Positions 39,525 to 50,650 of a stretch of 64,000 nucleotides of DNA are shown one piece after another. How positions within the stretch are numbered: the first letter of the stretch is position 1; every line of letters begins with the position of its first letter. This DNA is from an uncultured delta proteobacterium. Lineage in GTDB: Bacteria; Desulfobacterota; Desulfuromonadia; Geobacterales; DSM-12255. Location of the stretch: assembly GCA_963787125.1 (NCBI GenBank), contig CAWBBV010000001.1:64001-128000 (forward strand), given 5' to 3'. A program made the position numbers and the translations under genes. Below the pieces are notes generated by a model. That model saw only the letters and a program-made list of their open reading frames with translations, made no database searches and was not told the DNA's origin.

Positions 39525-40657
39525 TGGGCTATGATCCTGAGCAGGTTATCTTTGTACTCTTGCGGCGTGACCAACCCCTGCAGTCGCAGCAAGCGGAGCT
39601 GGTTGATTTTAGCTGCAACCGCCGGAATAAACATGGAGCCGGTCGCAGGCTTCAAGCCTGAAAGCAGATAAAGATCGTTGCCGCCACGTATCACCGCCCG
39701 ACTGCCCTCAACGCTGAACTGAGCGACAGCCCCCTCTGCAAGCGACAGGGCAGCTGTGCCGTTGCGAAAAAGCGCGCCGTCGGCAATCCAGGTTTCACCT
39801 TCCGGAGAGAGTGCCAGGCTCCTGCCGGCAGTCGATACGGTTCGCCCCGGCTCGTTACTCCAGGGGTTAAAAAGCGTTGTCGTCCCGTTGCCATCACCAA
39901 AAAGAACCTTTTCGCCATCGGCGGAAAATCTGCCGCCGGCAGACTCGAAACCGACTGAAGCGATCTCCAGCTCTTTGCCACTGGCAAGATCTCTCATGAT
40001 CAATTTGTAGTACGGGGCGAATACGGGTGGATCTACCGGGTGCAGATAAAGGATAGTTCCGGACTGGACGGAGAGGTCAAGCATCGGCCCGCGTTCGAGC
40101 AAAACTTTCCACTTGGCTAAAGTTGGCGGTTTAAGGGTGGTGTCTCTAAGTCCTGTTTCCAGCGGCACGCCCCGGCCCGGTTTCCAGCGGACATAGAGAC
40201 TATTGTAGTTGCTGCCGAACTTGTAACTCTTGACTCTGACACCACCGGCCACCAGTTCATCTTCCGAAAGCCAGCCAAGGTCTGTCAAGCTGGTGTTGAC
40301 AGGTGTCTCGGCAATCTTGATGCCGTGCTGGTCGTAGACAACAATGCTGCTCCCTTCTTCTTTAGCAAACAGAGCCGCCAGCGAGTTGCCAAAGGGTGAC
40401 CAGGCAAGCTTCAGGGGCTTACCCTCACCGAGAGGCAGTTGCTCTTTGGAGGGGATGTGCAGCAGCTTAAACCCTGAGCTGACAAGAGCTATCACATTGC
40501 CGTCAGGCGACAGGGCAAACGGCGCCCCTGTGTCAATCGAACTGATCTTTTCTGCCACGAGGCCATCAGGTAGTGCCCCGCTTAGCGGCACTGTCCGGCA
40601 AGCGGTAAAAAACAGCATCATAACTGCTGTGAGCAGAAGCAATATTAGTCTTTGCAT
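39521..40657 (-). CDS. Beta-propeller-like lipoprotein with SHOCT-like tail
   Basis: Lipobox FTAC; LSPDG/WSPFG/FSADG/LSPEG blade repeats; stop overlaps the cytochrome start. Confidence 0.8.
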   Translation of the reverse strand: MQRLILLLLTAVMMLFFTACRTVPLSGALPDGLVAEKISSIDTGAPFALSPDGNVIALVSSGFKLLHIPSKEQLPLGEGKPLKLAWSPFGNSLAALFAKEEGSSIVVYDQHGIKIAETPVNTSLTDLGWLSEDELVAGGVRVKSYKFGSNYNSLYVRWKPGRGVPLETGLRDTTLKPPTLAKWKVLLERGPMLDLSVQSGTILYLHPVDPPVFAPYYKLIMRDLASGKELEIASVGFESAGGRFSADGEKVLFGDGNGTTTLFNPWSNEPGRTVSTAGRSLALSPEGETWIADGALFRNGTAALSLAEGAVAQFSVEGSRAVIRGGNDLYLLSGLKPATGSMFIPAVAAKINQLRLLRLQGLVTPQEYKDNLLRIIAQ

Positions 40658-40784
40658 TGTGTTCCATCCTTCGGCGCAATATTTTCTGAAGAGACTATGG
40701 CAATTCTGCCTGCATTGCAATAGTAACTGGCAAAAATTAAGCTACAATTGCAGGATACAAGTTAACCGGGGGGGGGCGAATCTA

Positions 40785-41675
40785 ATGAAGATATGTATCA
40801 GTGGCGCAACCGGCTTTGTCGGCAAACATCTTGTCAAGGAGCTGCTTGCACGTGGGCACACTCTCAGGCTGCTAACGCACAGCTCCAAGGCGGTGCTTGC
40901 AGACAATACCGAATTTGTGTCAGGTGATGTGACGTCAGCGGCAAGCTGCCAAAAAGGTGCCGCCGGCTGCGACGCCGTCATCAATCTGGTCGGCATAATC
41001 AGGGAGTTCCCGCAAAAACAGATAACGTTCGAACGTCTCCATGTTGAGGCGACGCGGAATATGGTCGATGCTGCCAGGCAGAACGGCGTAACCCGCTACC
41101 TGCAGATGTCAGCCCTCGGAAGCAGACCGGGGGCTGTTTCCGGCTATCACCGCAGTAAATATGCAGCCGAAGAGCTGGTGGTCGCCTCAGGGCTTGATTA
41201 CACGATCTTCAGACCGTCGCTGATTTTCGGCCCTGAAGATGCTTTTGTGAACATGATCGCCGGTTTTATCAGAACCATCTCAGCCGTGCCGGTCATAGGC
41301 GATGGCAAGTACCGTCTGCAGCCGATCTCTGCGGATGATGTGGCGCGCTGCTTTGCCCTGGCGCTGGCAAAGCCTGAGACATGCGGCAAAAGCTATAACC
41401 TCTGCGGTCCGGATCGTTTGAACTATCTTGAAATTGTCGATGCAGTGGCAAAAGCGCTGGGCAGATATTTTGTCCTCAAGATAAAAAATCCCCTCCTGAT
41501 AATGCAGCTGCTCACGCCCATTTTAGAAAAATTCTCATTTTATCCGGTGACTTCCGATCAGATAACCATGCTGTTGGAAGAGAGCATCTGCGACGGCAGC
41601 TGGCAGGGTACTTTCGGTTTCGAGCCGACCAGGTTTGAAGCGGGGATCAGCGCTTACCTGCAGAAGGTCATTTAA
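40785..41675 (+). CDS. NAD-dependent epimerase/NDUFA9-like SDR
   Basis: ISGATGFVG, YHRSK, IFRPSLIFG. Confidence 0.9.
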   Translation: MKICISGATGFVGKHLVKELLARGHTLRLLTHSSKAVLADNTEFVSGDVTSAASCQKGAAGCDAVINLVGIIREFPQKQITFERLHVEATRNMVDAARQNGVTRYLQMSALGSRPGAVSGYHRSKYAAEELVVASGLDYTIFRPSLIFGPEDAFVNMIAGFIRTISAVPVIGDGKYRLQPISADDVARCFALALAKPETCGKSYNLCGPDRLNYLEIVDAVAKALGRYFVLKIKNPLLIMQLLTPILEKFSFYPVTSDQITMLLEESICDGSWQGTFGFEPTRFEAGISAYLQKVI

Positions 41676-41724
41676 CCCTCTCATGGCCTACCCTGACAGC
41701 ATTCAGCGCCCGCAAGGAGATTTT

Positions 41725-42765
41725 ATGGCTGGCAAAAAAACATGGTCTCGCTTTCCTCAACCAAAATGGACAAGCTTTTGCCTTTGGGCTCTCTTCACAC
41801 TGGGGATCTGCGCACTCTTCATGACCGGCTGCCAGCCGGCGCAGCAACAGACCGGCCCGCGAGAAAAGCTGACCATCGCCTATTCAACCGCGTCAAATGC
41901 AGTGCTGGTTTATATCGCCTTTGCCAAGGGGTACTTTGCGGAGGAGGGCCTTGATGCGATTCCACAATCATATCCGTTTGGAAAACCTGCGCTGGCTGCG
42001 GTCATAGAAGGTAAAGCGGACGTTGCCACCGTGGGAGACACGCCGATTGTATTCGCCGTCATGAACGGCGAAAAGATCACCACGCTGGCGGCGATTCAGA
42101 CTTCAAACCGAAACGAAGCCATTGTGGCGCGTCGTGATCGAGGCATTGCCCGTCCGGGGGATCTGAAAGGTAAAAAAATCGGCGTCCCGCTCGGCACTAC
42201 GGCGCATTTTTTTCTCGATTCCTTTCTGCTTGCCAACAACATCGATATGCAACAGGTGACGCTTATCGATATAAAACCCGCAGAGATGGCCGCTGCTCTC
42301 GACAATGGCAAGCTCGACGCAGTCTCAACCTTCAACCCGACGCTCAAACAGCTGGAGAATACTCTTGGAAATACCGGGACGGTTTTCTACGGTGAGGCGC
42401 TCTACACCGAAACTTTCTGCGTTGCAGCAAAGCAGGAGTTTACGAAGAAGAACCCGGAAGCAGTTAAAAAATTCCTCCGGGCACTTATAAAGGCGGAAAC
42501 TTTTGTCAAAGAGCATGAAAAGGCAGCTCAAAGCCTGGCCGCCGAATTTATTAAAATGGACAAGGCAGTTCTTGCCGAACTATGGAGTATTCTGGTTTTC
42601 AGAGTGACGTTGAATCAGTCGCTGCTGGTGGATTTTGAGGATCAAACCCGCTGGGTACTGAAGAGCAGGTTGTCCAAAGGGACATCGATGCCGAATTATC
42701 TCGAGCATATCAGCCTTGATGGACTAACTGCCGTTAAACCGGAAGCTGTCAGGATTGTTCGCTAA
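41725..42765 (+). CDS. NMT1/SsuA-type substrate-binding lipoprotein, likely partner of the downstream kinase
   Basis: Lipobox MTGC; KGYFAEEGL, DLKGKKIGV; no ABC permease or ATPase nearby. Confidence 0.85.
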   Translation: MAGKKTWSRFPQPKWTSFCLWALFTLGICALFMTGCQPAQQQTGPREKLTIAYSTASNAVLVYIAFAKGYFAEEGLDAIPQSYPFGKPALAAVIEGKADVATVGDTPIVFAVMNGEKITTLAAIQTSNRNEAIVARRDRGIARPGDLKGKKIGVPLGTTAHFFLDSFLLANNIDMQQVTLIDIKPAEMAAALDNGKLDAVSTFNPTLKQLENTLGNTGTVFYGEALYTETFCVAAKQEFTKKNPEAVKKFLRALIKAETFVKEHEKAAQSLAAEFIKMDKAVLAELWSILVFRVTLNQSLLVDFEDQTRWVLKSRLSKGTSMPNYLEHISLDGLTAVKPEAVRIVR

Positions 42766-42777
42766 GGACTAAACGCT

Positions 42778-44256
42778 ATGAAGATAAATACGAGACTCAA
42801 GTTAACTGCAGGCATCTCCCTGGGCACGGTCATACTCATCCTCTTGGCGCTTGTCTGGTCCTGGCGTGAGATTTCCAGCGCTGACCGGAATATGGATCTT
42901 GTTGATGCAATGCGCAAGGTTGCACTTGAGCGAATTATGCTGCGGGACGAATACCTGTTGTATCAGGAGGCTCGCGCAGCAACCCAGTGGCGCACCAAAA
43001 CCGATGAGCTCCGGGCCCTTTTTGCTGTAGCCGAGTCACGCTTTCCCGATGAAAACAACAGAGTATTTCTGCACGATGCGCGGCAGGATTTTGATGCCAC
43101 TGTCTCCGGATTTTCGAGAGTCATAGCAAGCCGTACGGATCACTACCCCGGTCAGACTAACATGGGTGGTTTCAGCGATGCAGAGCTGCGACAGATAAGC
43201 CAGGTACTGTTGAAGGCGTATTCTCTGGCAGACAACATCAACCGCCTGCATGAAACAACTCAGGCCAAGACGAAAGGCACCCGGGACAACGGAATTTTAC
43301 TGGTGGTATTTTTCTTTCTCGGTGGAGTTATTGTGATCGTCATCAATTCAAGCGTGATCAGAAGAACTCTGGCTAAACGGATTACGACACTCGTCGCCGG
43401 CGTTGAAGTCCTCGGGTCAGGCAATCTTGATTATCGAATTATCCTGGAGGGTGATGATGAGCTTACTGACCTTGCCAAGGCAAACAATGAAATGGCCGCC
43501 AGACTCAAGAGCTCTTTCACCTCTCTGAACGATCTGCAGAGAGAGATTGACGAACGCAAGAAAGCCGAGAAGGAGCTGCAACGTTCGAACAGCGAACTGG
43601 AGCAGTTTGCCTATGTAGCATCCCACGATCTGCAGGAACCGCTGCGGATGATTTCCAGCTATACCCAGCTGCTTGCCGACCGCTATAAAGATAAGCTTGA
43701 TGACAAAGCCAACCTTTTCATCCACTATGCGGTTGATGGCGCCATTCGGATGCAGGCACTGATCAATGATCTGTTGGCATACTCCCGTATCGGCACCAAG
43801 GGGAAGACTCTGGAGCCGGTCGATACCCATGTCGTACTGGGAGAAGCTGTTAATGTCCTGAGAATGAGCATCAATGAGGCAAAAGCGATCATCACCAATG
43901 AAGAGCTACCTGAAGTGCGCGCCGACGCATCCCAACTGGTTCTACTGTTTCAGAACCTGATCGGTAATGCCTTGAAGTTCCGGGGCAAGGGATATCCGCA
44001 TGTGCAAATATCCGCCAAAGACAATGGCGCGGAGTGGCAGTTCTCGGTAAAGGACAACGACATCGGCATCGATCCGCAGTTTGCCGACAAGATTTTTGTC
44101 ATTTTTCAACGTCTGCACACCAAAGAGGAATATCCCGGCAGCGGCATGGGGCTGGCCATCTGCAAGAAGATCGTCGAGCGCCACGGCGGGCGGATCTGGT
44201 TTGAATCCGAGCTTGATAAAGGGGCAACTTTTTATTTTACAATTCCCAAACAATAA
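42778..44256 (+). CDS. Membrane HAMP histidine kinase with a Cph1-like kinase core
   Basis: Two TM helices, HAMP, FAYVASHDLQEPLR, NLIGNALKF. Confidence 0.93.
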   Translation: MKINTRLKLTAGISLGTVILILLALVWSWREISSADRNMDLVDAMRKVALERIMLRDEYLLYQEARAATQWRTKTDELRALFAVAESRFPDENNRVFLHDARQDFDATVSGFSRVIASRTDHYPGQTNMGGFSDAELRQISQVLLKAYSLADNINRLHETTQAKTKGTRDNGILLVVFFFLGGVIVIVINSSVIRRTLAKRITTLVAGVEVLGSGNLDYRIILEGDDELTDLAKANNEMAARLKSSFTSLNDLQREIDERKKAEKELQRSNSELEQFAYVASHDLQEPLRMISSYTQLLADRYKDKLDDKANLFIHYAVDGAIRMQALINDLLAYSRIGTKGKTLEPVDTHVVLGEAVNVLRMSINEAKAIITNEELPEVRADASQLVLLFQNLIGNALKFRGKGYPHVQISAKDNGAEWQFSVKDNDIGIDPQFADKIFVIFQRLHTKEEYPGSGMGLAICKKIVERHGGRIWFESELDKGATFYFTIPKQ

Positions 44257-44271
44257 AGGAGGTAACACCTT

Positions 44272-44727
44272 ATGCAGAGCACTTCATCACTACGGCCGAT
44301 CGATATTCTGCTGGTTGAAGACAATCCGGGTGATGTAGACCTGGCACGGGAAGCACTGGGAATGGGCAAACTGCACAACTCTCTGCATGTTGCCAGGGAC
44401 GGCATGGAGGCCATGGATTTTCTTCGCCAGGCAGGTAAATTCCTGAACTCGCCGCGGCCGGATCTCATCATCCTTGATCTGAATCTGCCGAAAAAAGACG
44501 GCCGGCAGGTGCTGGCGGAAATCAAGGCAGATGAGGATCTCAAGCGAATTCCGGTGGTTATTCTGACTACTTCCAGTGCGGAGGAAGATGTTCTGAAAAG
44601 CTACAACCTGCACGCAAACTGTTTCATCACCAAACCTATCGACTTGTCGCAGTTTATGCATGTGGTGCAGTCTATTGAGAGTTTCTGGCTGAGCATCGTG
44701 GTGCTGCCGAACGGAGCAAACAAATGA
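44272..44727 (+). CDS. Single-domain response regulator (Rcp1-like)
   Basis: [27 protein letters not shown]. Confidence 0.93.
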   Translation: MQSTSSLRPIDILLVEDNPGDVDLAREALGMGKLHNSLHVARDGMEAMDFLRQAGKFLNSPRPDLIILDLNLPKKDGRQVLAEIKADEDLKRIPVVILTTSSAEEDVLKSYNLHANCFITKPIDLSQFMHVVQSIESFWLSIVVLPNGANK

Positions 44728-46628
44728 ACACCGTGCTGAAAATCCTTTTGATAGAAGACAACCCGGGTGATGCAATCCTCATCGAGGAGCTGCTGAGCAC
44801 TGGCGGCATTCGCTTTGAACTGCAATGCGTTGAGCGCCTGTCTTTAGGGATCAAACAGCTTGAAACAGCCAGTTTTGATGTAATCCTTCTGGATCTCGGC
44901 CTTCCCGATAGTTTCGGAATTGAAACTCTGCGAAAATTGAATGAAACCAAACCAAAAGCACCTATTATCGTGCTCACCGGCCTTGCTGATGAAGCTGTCG
45001 GCTCGGAGGCAGTAAAGTCCGGCGCGCAGGATTATCTTCTCAAAGGGCAGATAGACAAGAATCTGCTTACCCGTTCAATCAGCCATGCCATCGAACGTAA
45101 GCAGTCTTTAGATACGATTCAGGCTGCCAGCCGCGAGTGGTCGGCATCATTCGATGCCATGGCGGACGGGGTATCAATTCATAGCGTCGACAACACAATC
45201 CTTAAGGCAAATCGATCACTGCTTGAGTTGCTGGGCAAGAGTGCAGACGAAGTGATCGGGAGGAAGTGTTACCAGGTTTTTCACGCAAAAGAGTGCCCGA
45301 TAACCGGCTGTCAAATCGGCACGGCAAGAGACACAGAGCAGAGAGGATACTCGGAGATGTTTGAGCCGACCCTTGATAAATGGCTCGCGGTGTCAACATC
45401 TCCTGTTTTCGATGATTCCGGCCGTTTAACAAAGATCGTGCATACGGTTCGGGACATAACCGGGCACCGCAAGACTGAAGAGCAGCTCCGCCAGAGCCAG
45501 AAGATGGAGTCAATCGGCACCCTGGCGGGCGGCATTGCCCATGATTTTAATAATATTCTGACTGCCATTATCGGCTATGGCAGCCTTGCTCTTATGAAGA
45601 TGCCGGCGGCTGATCCACAGCGGCTCAATATTCAAAATATGCTTGATGCTGCTGACCGGGCTGCCAATCTCACGAAACAGCTGCTGCTTTTCAGCAGAAA
45701 GCAGGCAATAGAGCGAAAACCGGTGGATCTGAATCTGATTGTAACCAGTGTGGCCAAGTTTCTGCAAAGGGTCATTGGCGAGGACATAAATTTCAAAACG
45801 ACTGTCCATGAAGCGTCGCTACCGGTTCTGGCAGATGCTCATCAGCTTGAGCAGGTGCTGATGAACCTGGCCACCAATGCCCGCGATAGCATGCCACAAT
45901 CAGGAGCATTGACTGTGTCGACGTCACTGGTAACTCTGAAAGAAGAATTCCCAACTGCCCATAGCCCTGGCAAGCCGGGAGCATATGCGCTCCTGACCGT
46001 TACTGACAACGGCGCCGGAATGGATGACCCGACACAGCAGCGGATCTTCGACCCGTTCTTCACGACCAAAGAGGTCGGCAAAGGTACCGGCCTCGGTTTG
46101 GCGGTCGTGTATGGCATCATCACGCAGCATGACGGTTACATCAACGTTTCCAGCGAACCTGGTGTGGGCACTACCTTCAGCATCTATCTGCCGGTCGTGC
46201 CGGCGGAAACGCTGCAAGCGCTCCGACCGGAAAGGGAGACCGCGGTGCGCGGCGGGGAGGAGACAATCCTTTTGGCCGAGGATGATGACGCCGTCAGGAG
46301 TCTGACCACGAGCGTGCTGACCGAGTTTGGCTATACGGTTATTGAGGCGGTGGATGGCGCAGATGCGGTGGACAAATTTAAAGCTAACGGTGCCGCAGTT
46401 GATCTGTTGCTGCTGGACATCATCATGCCGAATATGAATGGCAAAGAAGCTTTCGACGCAATCCGGAAAATCCGCCCCGGGATTAATGCTGTTTTCACCA
46501 GCGGCTATGCGTCTGAAACTGTTCGCCAAAAAGTGAGCCTGACCGAAGGTGTACTCCTCTTGACCAAGCCGGTCTCACCACTTGAACTGCTAATTAAAGT
46601 AAGGGGTGCTCTTGATGGGGTCAAGTAG
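44724..46628 (+). CDS. Hybrid kinase REC-PAS-HisKA-HATPase-REC
   Basis: [27 protein letters not shown], two receiver domains. Confidence 0.93.
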   Translation: MNTVLKILLIEDNPGDAILIEELLSTGGIRFELQCVERLSLGIKQLETASFDVILLDLGLPDSFGIETLRKLNETKPKAPIIVLTGLADEAVGSEAVKSGAQDYLLKGQIDKNLLTRSISHAIERKQSLDTIQAASREWSASFDAMADGVSIHSVDNTILKANRSLLELLGKSADEVIGRKCYQVFHAKECPITGCQIGTARDTEQRGYSEMFEPTLDKWLAVSTSPVFDDSGRLTKIVHTVRDITGHRKTEEQLRQSQKMESIGTLAGGIAHDFNNILTAIIGYGSLALMKMPAADPQRLNIQNMLDAADRAANLTKQLLLFSRKQAIERKPVDLNLIVTSVAKFLQRVIGEDINFKTTVHEASLPVLADAHQLEQVLMNLATNARDSMPQSGALTVSTSLVTLKEEFPTAHSPGKPGAYALLTVTDNGAGMDDPTQQRIFDPFFTTKEVGKGTGLGLAVVYGIITQHDGYINVSSEPGVGTTFSIYLPVVPAETLQALRPERETAVRGGEETILLAEDDDAVRSLTTSVLTEFGYTVIEAVDGADAVDKFKANGAAVDLLLLDIIMPNMNGKEAFDAIRKIRPGINAVFTSGYASETVRQKVSLTEGVLLLTKPVSPLELLIKVRGALDGVK

Positions 46629-46725
46629 CCTTCAATGTTTAAGTAATAACCTCTTGAGACGGCATTCCAGGAGAGTCATAAAGTTGAGCGCAACTTCATA
46701 AACAGTCTGAGGGAGATACCCTGGG

Positions 46726-47925
46726 ATGGAAATTGAGAGCAGTCGTAAGCTTCTTATTGTCGATGATGATCCAGCTGTTCTGGAAATGGTTACAGCGATG
46801 CTCAGGTTTTGGGGCTATGAAGCGCTTGGCTGCCCTAGTGCTGTAAATGCGCTGGCAGAGTGCCGCAAAGGCGGCATCTGTCTGGTTGTATCCGATATCA
46901 GGATGCCCGATATTTCCGGCACTGAACTCCTCGACATGATCCATGAGCTGGATCCCGACATCCCGGTGATCCTGATGACTGCCTACGCTGAACTCGAAAC
47001 AGCCATTGATGCAGTTCGCAAAGGGGCCTTCGATTTCATCATCAAACCGTTCAAACCCGATTTTTTGCAGCATGCCGTTGAAAAGGGGGTCAGATTTCGG
47101 CATCTCATTGAAATGGAAAAGAATTACACGCTCATGATGGAAGAAAAAATTCGGGAATCCGAAGTGAATCTACGCGCGGCTGCGGTGATTCAACAAAGCC
47201 TGCTCCCGGTTGCCGCACCCCATGGTACCTCTTTTAATTTTGCCTGGCAGTTCCAGCCCTGTGAACAGGTCGGCGGCGATCTGTTCAATCTGTTCTGGCT
47301 GGATGAGCACCGCCTGGGAGTCTATGTGCTGGATGTAGGCGGGCATGGCGTTCCCGCGGCCATGGTGGCAACCTCGGTGGCCCAAACTCTGGATCATTGT
47401 CGCGGCTGGTTTCAAAAGCGTACCAGTGGCGCATCTACCCTGCATGAACATTTTACGCCCGCCGACGTCCTTGCCAAACTGAACCGGAAGTACCCGGTCG
47501 AGCGGTTCGGCAAACTCCTGACAATCTGCTACCTGATCCTCGACATGGAAAGCGGCAAAATACGCTATAGCAACGCCGCCTTGCCACTGCCTTTTATCAT
47601 CAGGGCCAGCGGGCGGATCGAGTCCCTCAGCGAAGGAGGGATAATTATCGGCGCCGATGAAGGGGCGGTCTATGAGGAAAGCACTATTCACCTGGAGAGT
47701 GGCGACCGGCTTTTTATTTATACCGACGGGATTATAGAATATTGCGACAAGAAAGGAGAGGCCTACGGAGAAGAACGGCTGGTCAGGGAGCTTAAAAGGT
47801 CAAGCGGGGAAACGCTGCAAACTGCCTGTGCACGGGCCATAACAGACCTTTTGGAATTCGGCGATGAGCAGCTGCCGGAAGACGACATAACTTTACTGGG
47901 GATCGAATTCCGACCGCCGGCATAA
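46726..47925 (+). CDS. Response regulator with a SpoIIE/PP2C phosphatase domain
   Basis: REC plus VGGDLF, DVGGHG, YTDG, DDIT. Confidence 0.93.
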   Translation: MEIESSRKLLIVDDDPAVLEMVTAMLRFWGYEALGCPSAVNALAECRKGGICLVVSDIRMPDISGTELLDMIHELDPDIPVILMTAYAELETAIDAVRKGAFDFIIKPFKPDFLQHAVEKGVRFRHLIEMEKNYTLMMEEKIRESEVNLRAAAVIQQSLLPVAAPHGTSFNFAWQFQPCEQVGGDLFNLFWLDEHRLGVYVLDVGGHGVPAAMVATSVAQTLDHCRGWFQKRTSGASTLHEHFTPADVLAKLNRKYPVERFGKLLTICYLILDMESGKIRYSNAALPLPFIIRASGRIESLSEGGIIIGADEGAVYEESTIHLESGDRLFIYTDGIIEYCDKKGEAYGEERLVRELKRSSGETLQTACARAITDLLEFGDEQLPEDDITLLGIEFRPPA

Positions 47926-47997
47926 GAAAGACTGATAATCTCTGCGCTTGCTGCTGTAGGTTCAATAAATGCTGGATGACAAAGGTATCGAGAAACT

Positions 47998-49320
47998 ATG
48001 AGCAACAGAAGTTTACCGAAAACTGATCTCAGCAACCAGAAGCGCCTTGAAGTCGAGCTATTAGCGGCAACACCGCTCCTTACCTCCTTTCTTGCCGAAT
48101 CGAGAAGCATTCATCTCGCGCACTTAAGTCACGCCGGCACTGTTTTGTCAGCCAATAACACTCTGGCCGAGAGCCTTAAAATCACTACCACTGAAATGAT
48201 CGGTCAGAATTTTTCAAACTTTCTTACCTCCCCCGATGTCAAGATTCTTGCCAAACATCTGCTGGCTAAAACCATCCAGACCGCTAAAGAGTTGCTGTTA
48301 AATTTCGTCGGCTCTGACCACATTCCATACACGCTACGCTGCCGTCTTTTGCCCCTGGAGAGCGGTCTACTCCTGCTCGGAGAACAACCACAGGACGATA
48401 ATAACGGGCTTCAGGAGGAGCTGCTCCAGCTCAATAATCAGCTGACTGTACTTTCCCGCGAAAACGTCCGCAAAGGACGAGAGCTTGCCAAGGCGCTGGC
48501 TGAATTGAAGAACGCGCAGACGATGCTGGTGCATCAGGAGAAGATGGCATCACTGGGACAGATGACCGCCGGCATTGCCCATGAGATCAACAATCCTTTA
48601 GCCTTTGTGCTCGGCAACGAGCATGTGCTCCAGCGTGATTTTGACGACCTCATGGCGTTCATCAATACACTGAGAGCTGCCCTGCCGGAGATAGCGTCGC
48701 TGTCGCCCCGGATTCACGGGGAGATTATAGCCAGGGCCGATGAAGCGGGATTGGAATATCTTGCTGAAGCGCTGCCCCGGAAGATTGCCGCCAACATCGA
48801 CGGCCTTGAGCGGGTCAAGAAAATCGTTCTTGATCTCCGCAATTTTTCCCGGCTTGACGAAGCGGAGTTCAAGCTCTGCGACCTTACAGAAGGGATAGAG
48901 TCTACGCTCAGGTTTCTGGGGCCGCTTCTGCACGAGCATGGCGTAACGATTGAAACCAGGCTGGCCAGACTGCCGCAGCTGCTCTGCTCGCCAGGCCCCT
49001 TGAATCAGGCGATCAGCAATATTGTAGCCAATGCCATCCAGGCCAGCCAGCCGGGCCAAACCGTTCTTGTGGCAACCAGTGAGAGCCGAGAGTGGTTCTC
49101 CATCGAGGTGACGGATCAGGGGGCAGGTATCCCGCCTGAGAATCTGACCAAGGTGTTCGATCCGTTTTTCACCACAAAACCGGTCGGTTCGGGCACAGGG
49201 CTGGGGCTCAGCATCACGCACCAGATTGTGGCAGCACATAAGGGGAAGATAGAAGTTGAGAGCGTACCCGGAGCAGGCACAACTTTCAGAGTTCTGCTTC
49301 CGGCCAAACTTGATTCATAG
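47998..49320 (+). CDS. Cytoplasmic histidine kinase with a PAS-like N-terminus
   Basis: GIAHEINNPL, DPFFTTKPVGSGTGLGL. Confidence 0.92.
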   Translation: MSNRSLPKTDLSNQKRLEVELLAATPLLTSFLAESRSIHLAHLSHAGTVLSANNTLAESLKITTTEMIGQNFSNFLTSPDVKILAKHLLAKTIQTAKELLLNFVGSDHIPYTLRCRLLPLESGLLLLGEQPQDDNNGLQEELLQLNNQLTVLSRENVRKGRELAKALAELKNAQTMLVHQEKMASLGQMTAGIAHEINNPLAFVLGNEHVLQRDFDDLMAFINTLRAALPEIASLSPRIHGEIIARADEAGLEYLAEALPRKIAANIDGLERVKKIVLDLRNFSRLDEAEFKLCDLTEGIESTLRFLGPLLHEHGVTIETRLARLPQLLCSPGPLNQAISNIVANAIQASQPGQTVLVATSESREWFSIEVTDQGAGIPPENLTKVFDPFFTTKPVGSGTGLGLSITHQIVAAHKGKIEVESVPGAGTTFRVLLPAKLDS

Positions 49321-49353
49321 AAAACATTTGGACTATTATCTGGGAGGTACGAC

Positions 49354-49818
49354 ATGACAAAAGAAGAGCTCCTTGCATCTGCTACTCTGCTGATGCAACC
49401 GTCAAAGCAGGCGGCAAAAGAGTACAGCAGCACAAGCGATAATCTCGCCGCCGAAATGAACCGCATCATGGGTGAACGTTCTGATATCGATTACATGGTC
49501 GGGGGCAACCGGGCCATGATGGAGGATAATCACCGCAACCACGCCAGGTTCATCGCGTCGCTGTTTTGCACCTATAGTCCGGCAGTGCTCGTCGATACTG
49601 TCCTCTGGGTCTTCAGAGCCTATCGTTCTCACGGCTTTCAGCTCACCTACTGGCCTGCACAACTGGATACCTGGGTGGAGGTTCTGCGAAGAGAGTTGAC
49701 CGCGGATACCATGGCAGAGGTCTATCCCTTCTACCACTGGATGATAGTCAATCAGCCGTCGTTCGCTCTGCTCAGCGACAGCTTTCTATCGGCTGATGCG
49801 ATTGTGCCGAAACATTGA
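49354..49818 (+). CDS. Hypothetical helical protein, globin/phycobiliprotein-like fold suspected
   Basis: MEDNHRNHARF...WVFRAYRSHGF pattern resembles domains found N-terminal to B12-binding domains (recognised by eye). Confidence 0.6.
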   Translation: MTKEELLASATLLMQPSKQAAKEYSSTSDNLAAEMNRIMGERSDIDYMVGGNRAMMEDNHRNHARFIASLFCTYSPAVLVDTVLWVFRAYRSHGFQLTYWPAQLDTWVEVLRRELTADTMAEVYPFYHWMIVNQPSFALLSDSFLSADAIVPKH

Positions 49819-49846
49819 ATGACAGCTGTTGCAGCCGTCGCCGTGA

Positions 49847-50620
49847 ATGAAGCAGGCAAGGGAGATACTCGTGATTGAAATAGGCAGCCCGGAAAAACCG
49901 AAAATTCTGATCGTGGATGATGAAGCTGAAGTTCTGCAGAGTCTGGCCGACCTGCTGCGCAAGGATTTTCATGTCTTTGCCACCGCTGATGTCGCTGAAG
50001 CAGAGCGCCTGCTGGTGGCGCACAACATGTTTTCACTGGTCATATCCGACCAGCGGATGCCGGTGCTGACCGGTGCCGAACTCCTTGCCAGAGCTTCTCA
50101 AACAAGCCCCGACACGGCCCGGATTCTTCTCACCGGCTACGCCGATATTGACGCAGTTATAAAGGCGGTCAACCAGGGGCAGATTACGCAATATGTAACC
50201 AAACCATGGGAAGGGGACAAACTGCTGGCAATGCTGAAAACGATTGCCGAGCGGCATCAGTTGCTGTTTGAGAACCGTCTGCTCATCAAGCAGCTGGCCG
50301 GTCTGCAGGAATCGGCAACAGATAGTGCAGCGCAGATTGAGACATTGGCAGTGGCACAATCAATTGTTCAGATTGAGAACCAGACCCTGAAAGCAGCCTA
50401 TGAGCAGCTGGACAAATCCTTCTGGCATCTCAAAAAAATTCAGGAAGTGCTCCCCATCTGCATGGAGTGCGGCAAAGTCAAAACAGCCGATTCTTCCTGG
50501 GAGGATGTGGTCAGTTTTCTGAGAAAGAACTCCCTCTTTCTCAGTCACGGCTATTGCCCGGCATGTGCTGAGAAGTTACTGAGTCAGTTAAACATGACCC
50601 GTGGGGGGGATACTCCTTGA
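49847..50620 (+). CDS. Response regulator with a C-terminal Cys motif (LPICxxC...SHGYCPxC)
   Basis: REC (ISDQRMP, LLTGY, TKPW), coiled coil, putative zinc site. Confidence 0.9.
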   Translation: MKQAREILVIEIGSPEKPKILIVDDEAEVLQSLADLLRKDFHVFATADVAEAERLLVAHNMFSLVISDQRMPVLTGAELLARASQTSPDTARILLTGYADIDAVIKAVNQGQITQYVTKPWEGDKLLAMLKTIAERHQLLFENRLLIKQLAGLQESATDSAAQIETLAVAQSIVQIENQTLKAAYEQLDKSFWHLKKIQEVLPICMECGKVKTADSSWEDVVSFLRKNSLFLSHGYCPACAEKLLSQLNMTRGGDTP

Positions 50621-50650
50621 CAACAGCCGTTGACAGCGTTGCTGCCGCAG
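50409..50650 (+). repeat. Direct repeat copy 1 (response-regulator tail plus B12-gene-like head)
   Basis: Near-identical to 56780-56945, with weaker similarity continuing to about 57028. Confidence 0.85.

Noticed and set aside
40768..40776. Phase-variable poly-G tract
   Set aside because: It lies at the ribosome-binding position; similar G-rich RBSs occur elsewhere (e.g. 24234-24240)
42778..44727. Bacteriophytochrome
   Set aside because: The kinase and receiver resemble Cph1/Rcp1, but the sensor is TM-periplasmic-HAMP with no PAS-GAF-PHY module
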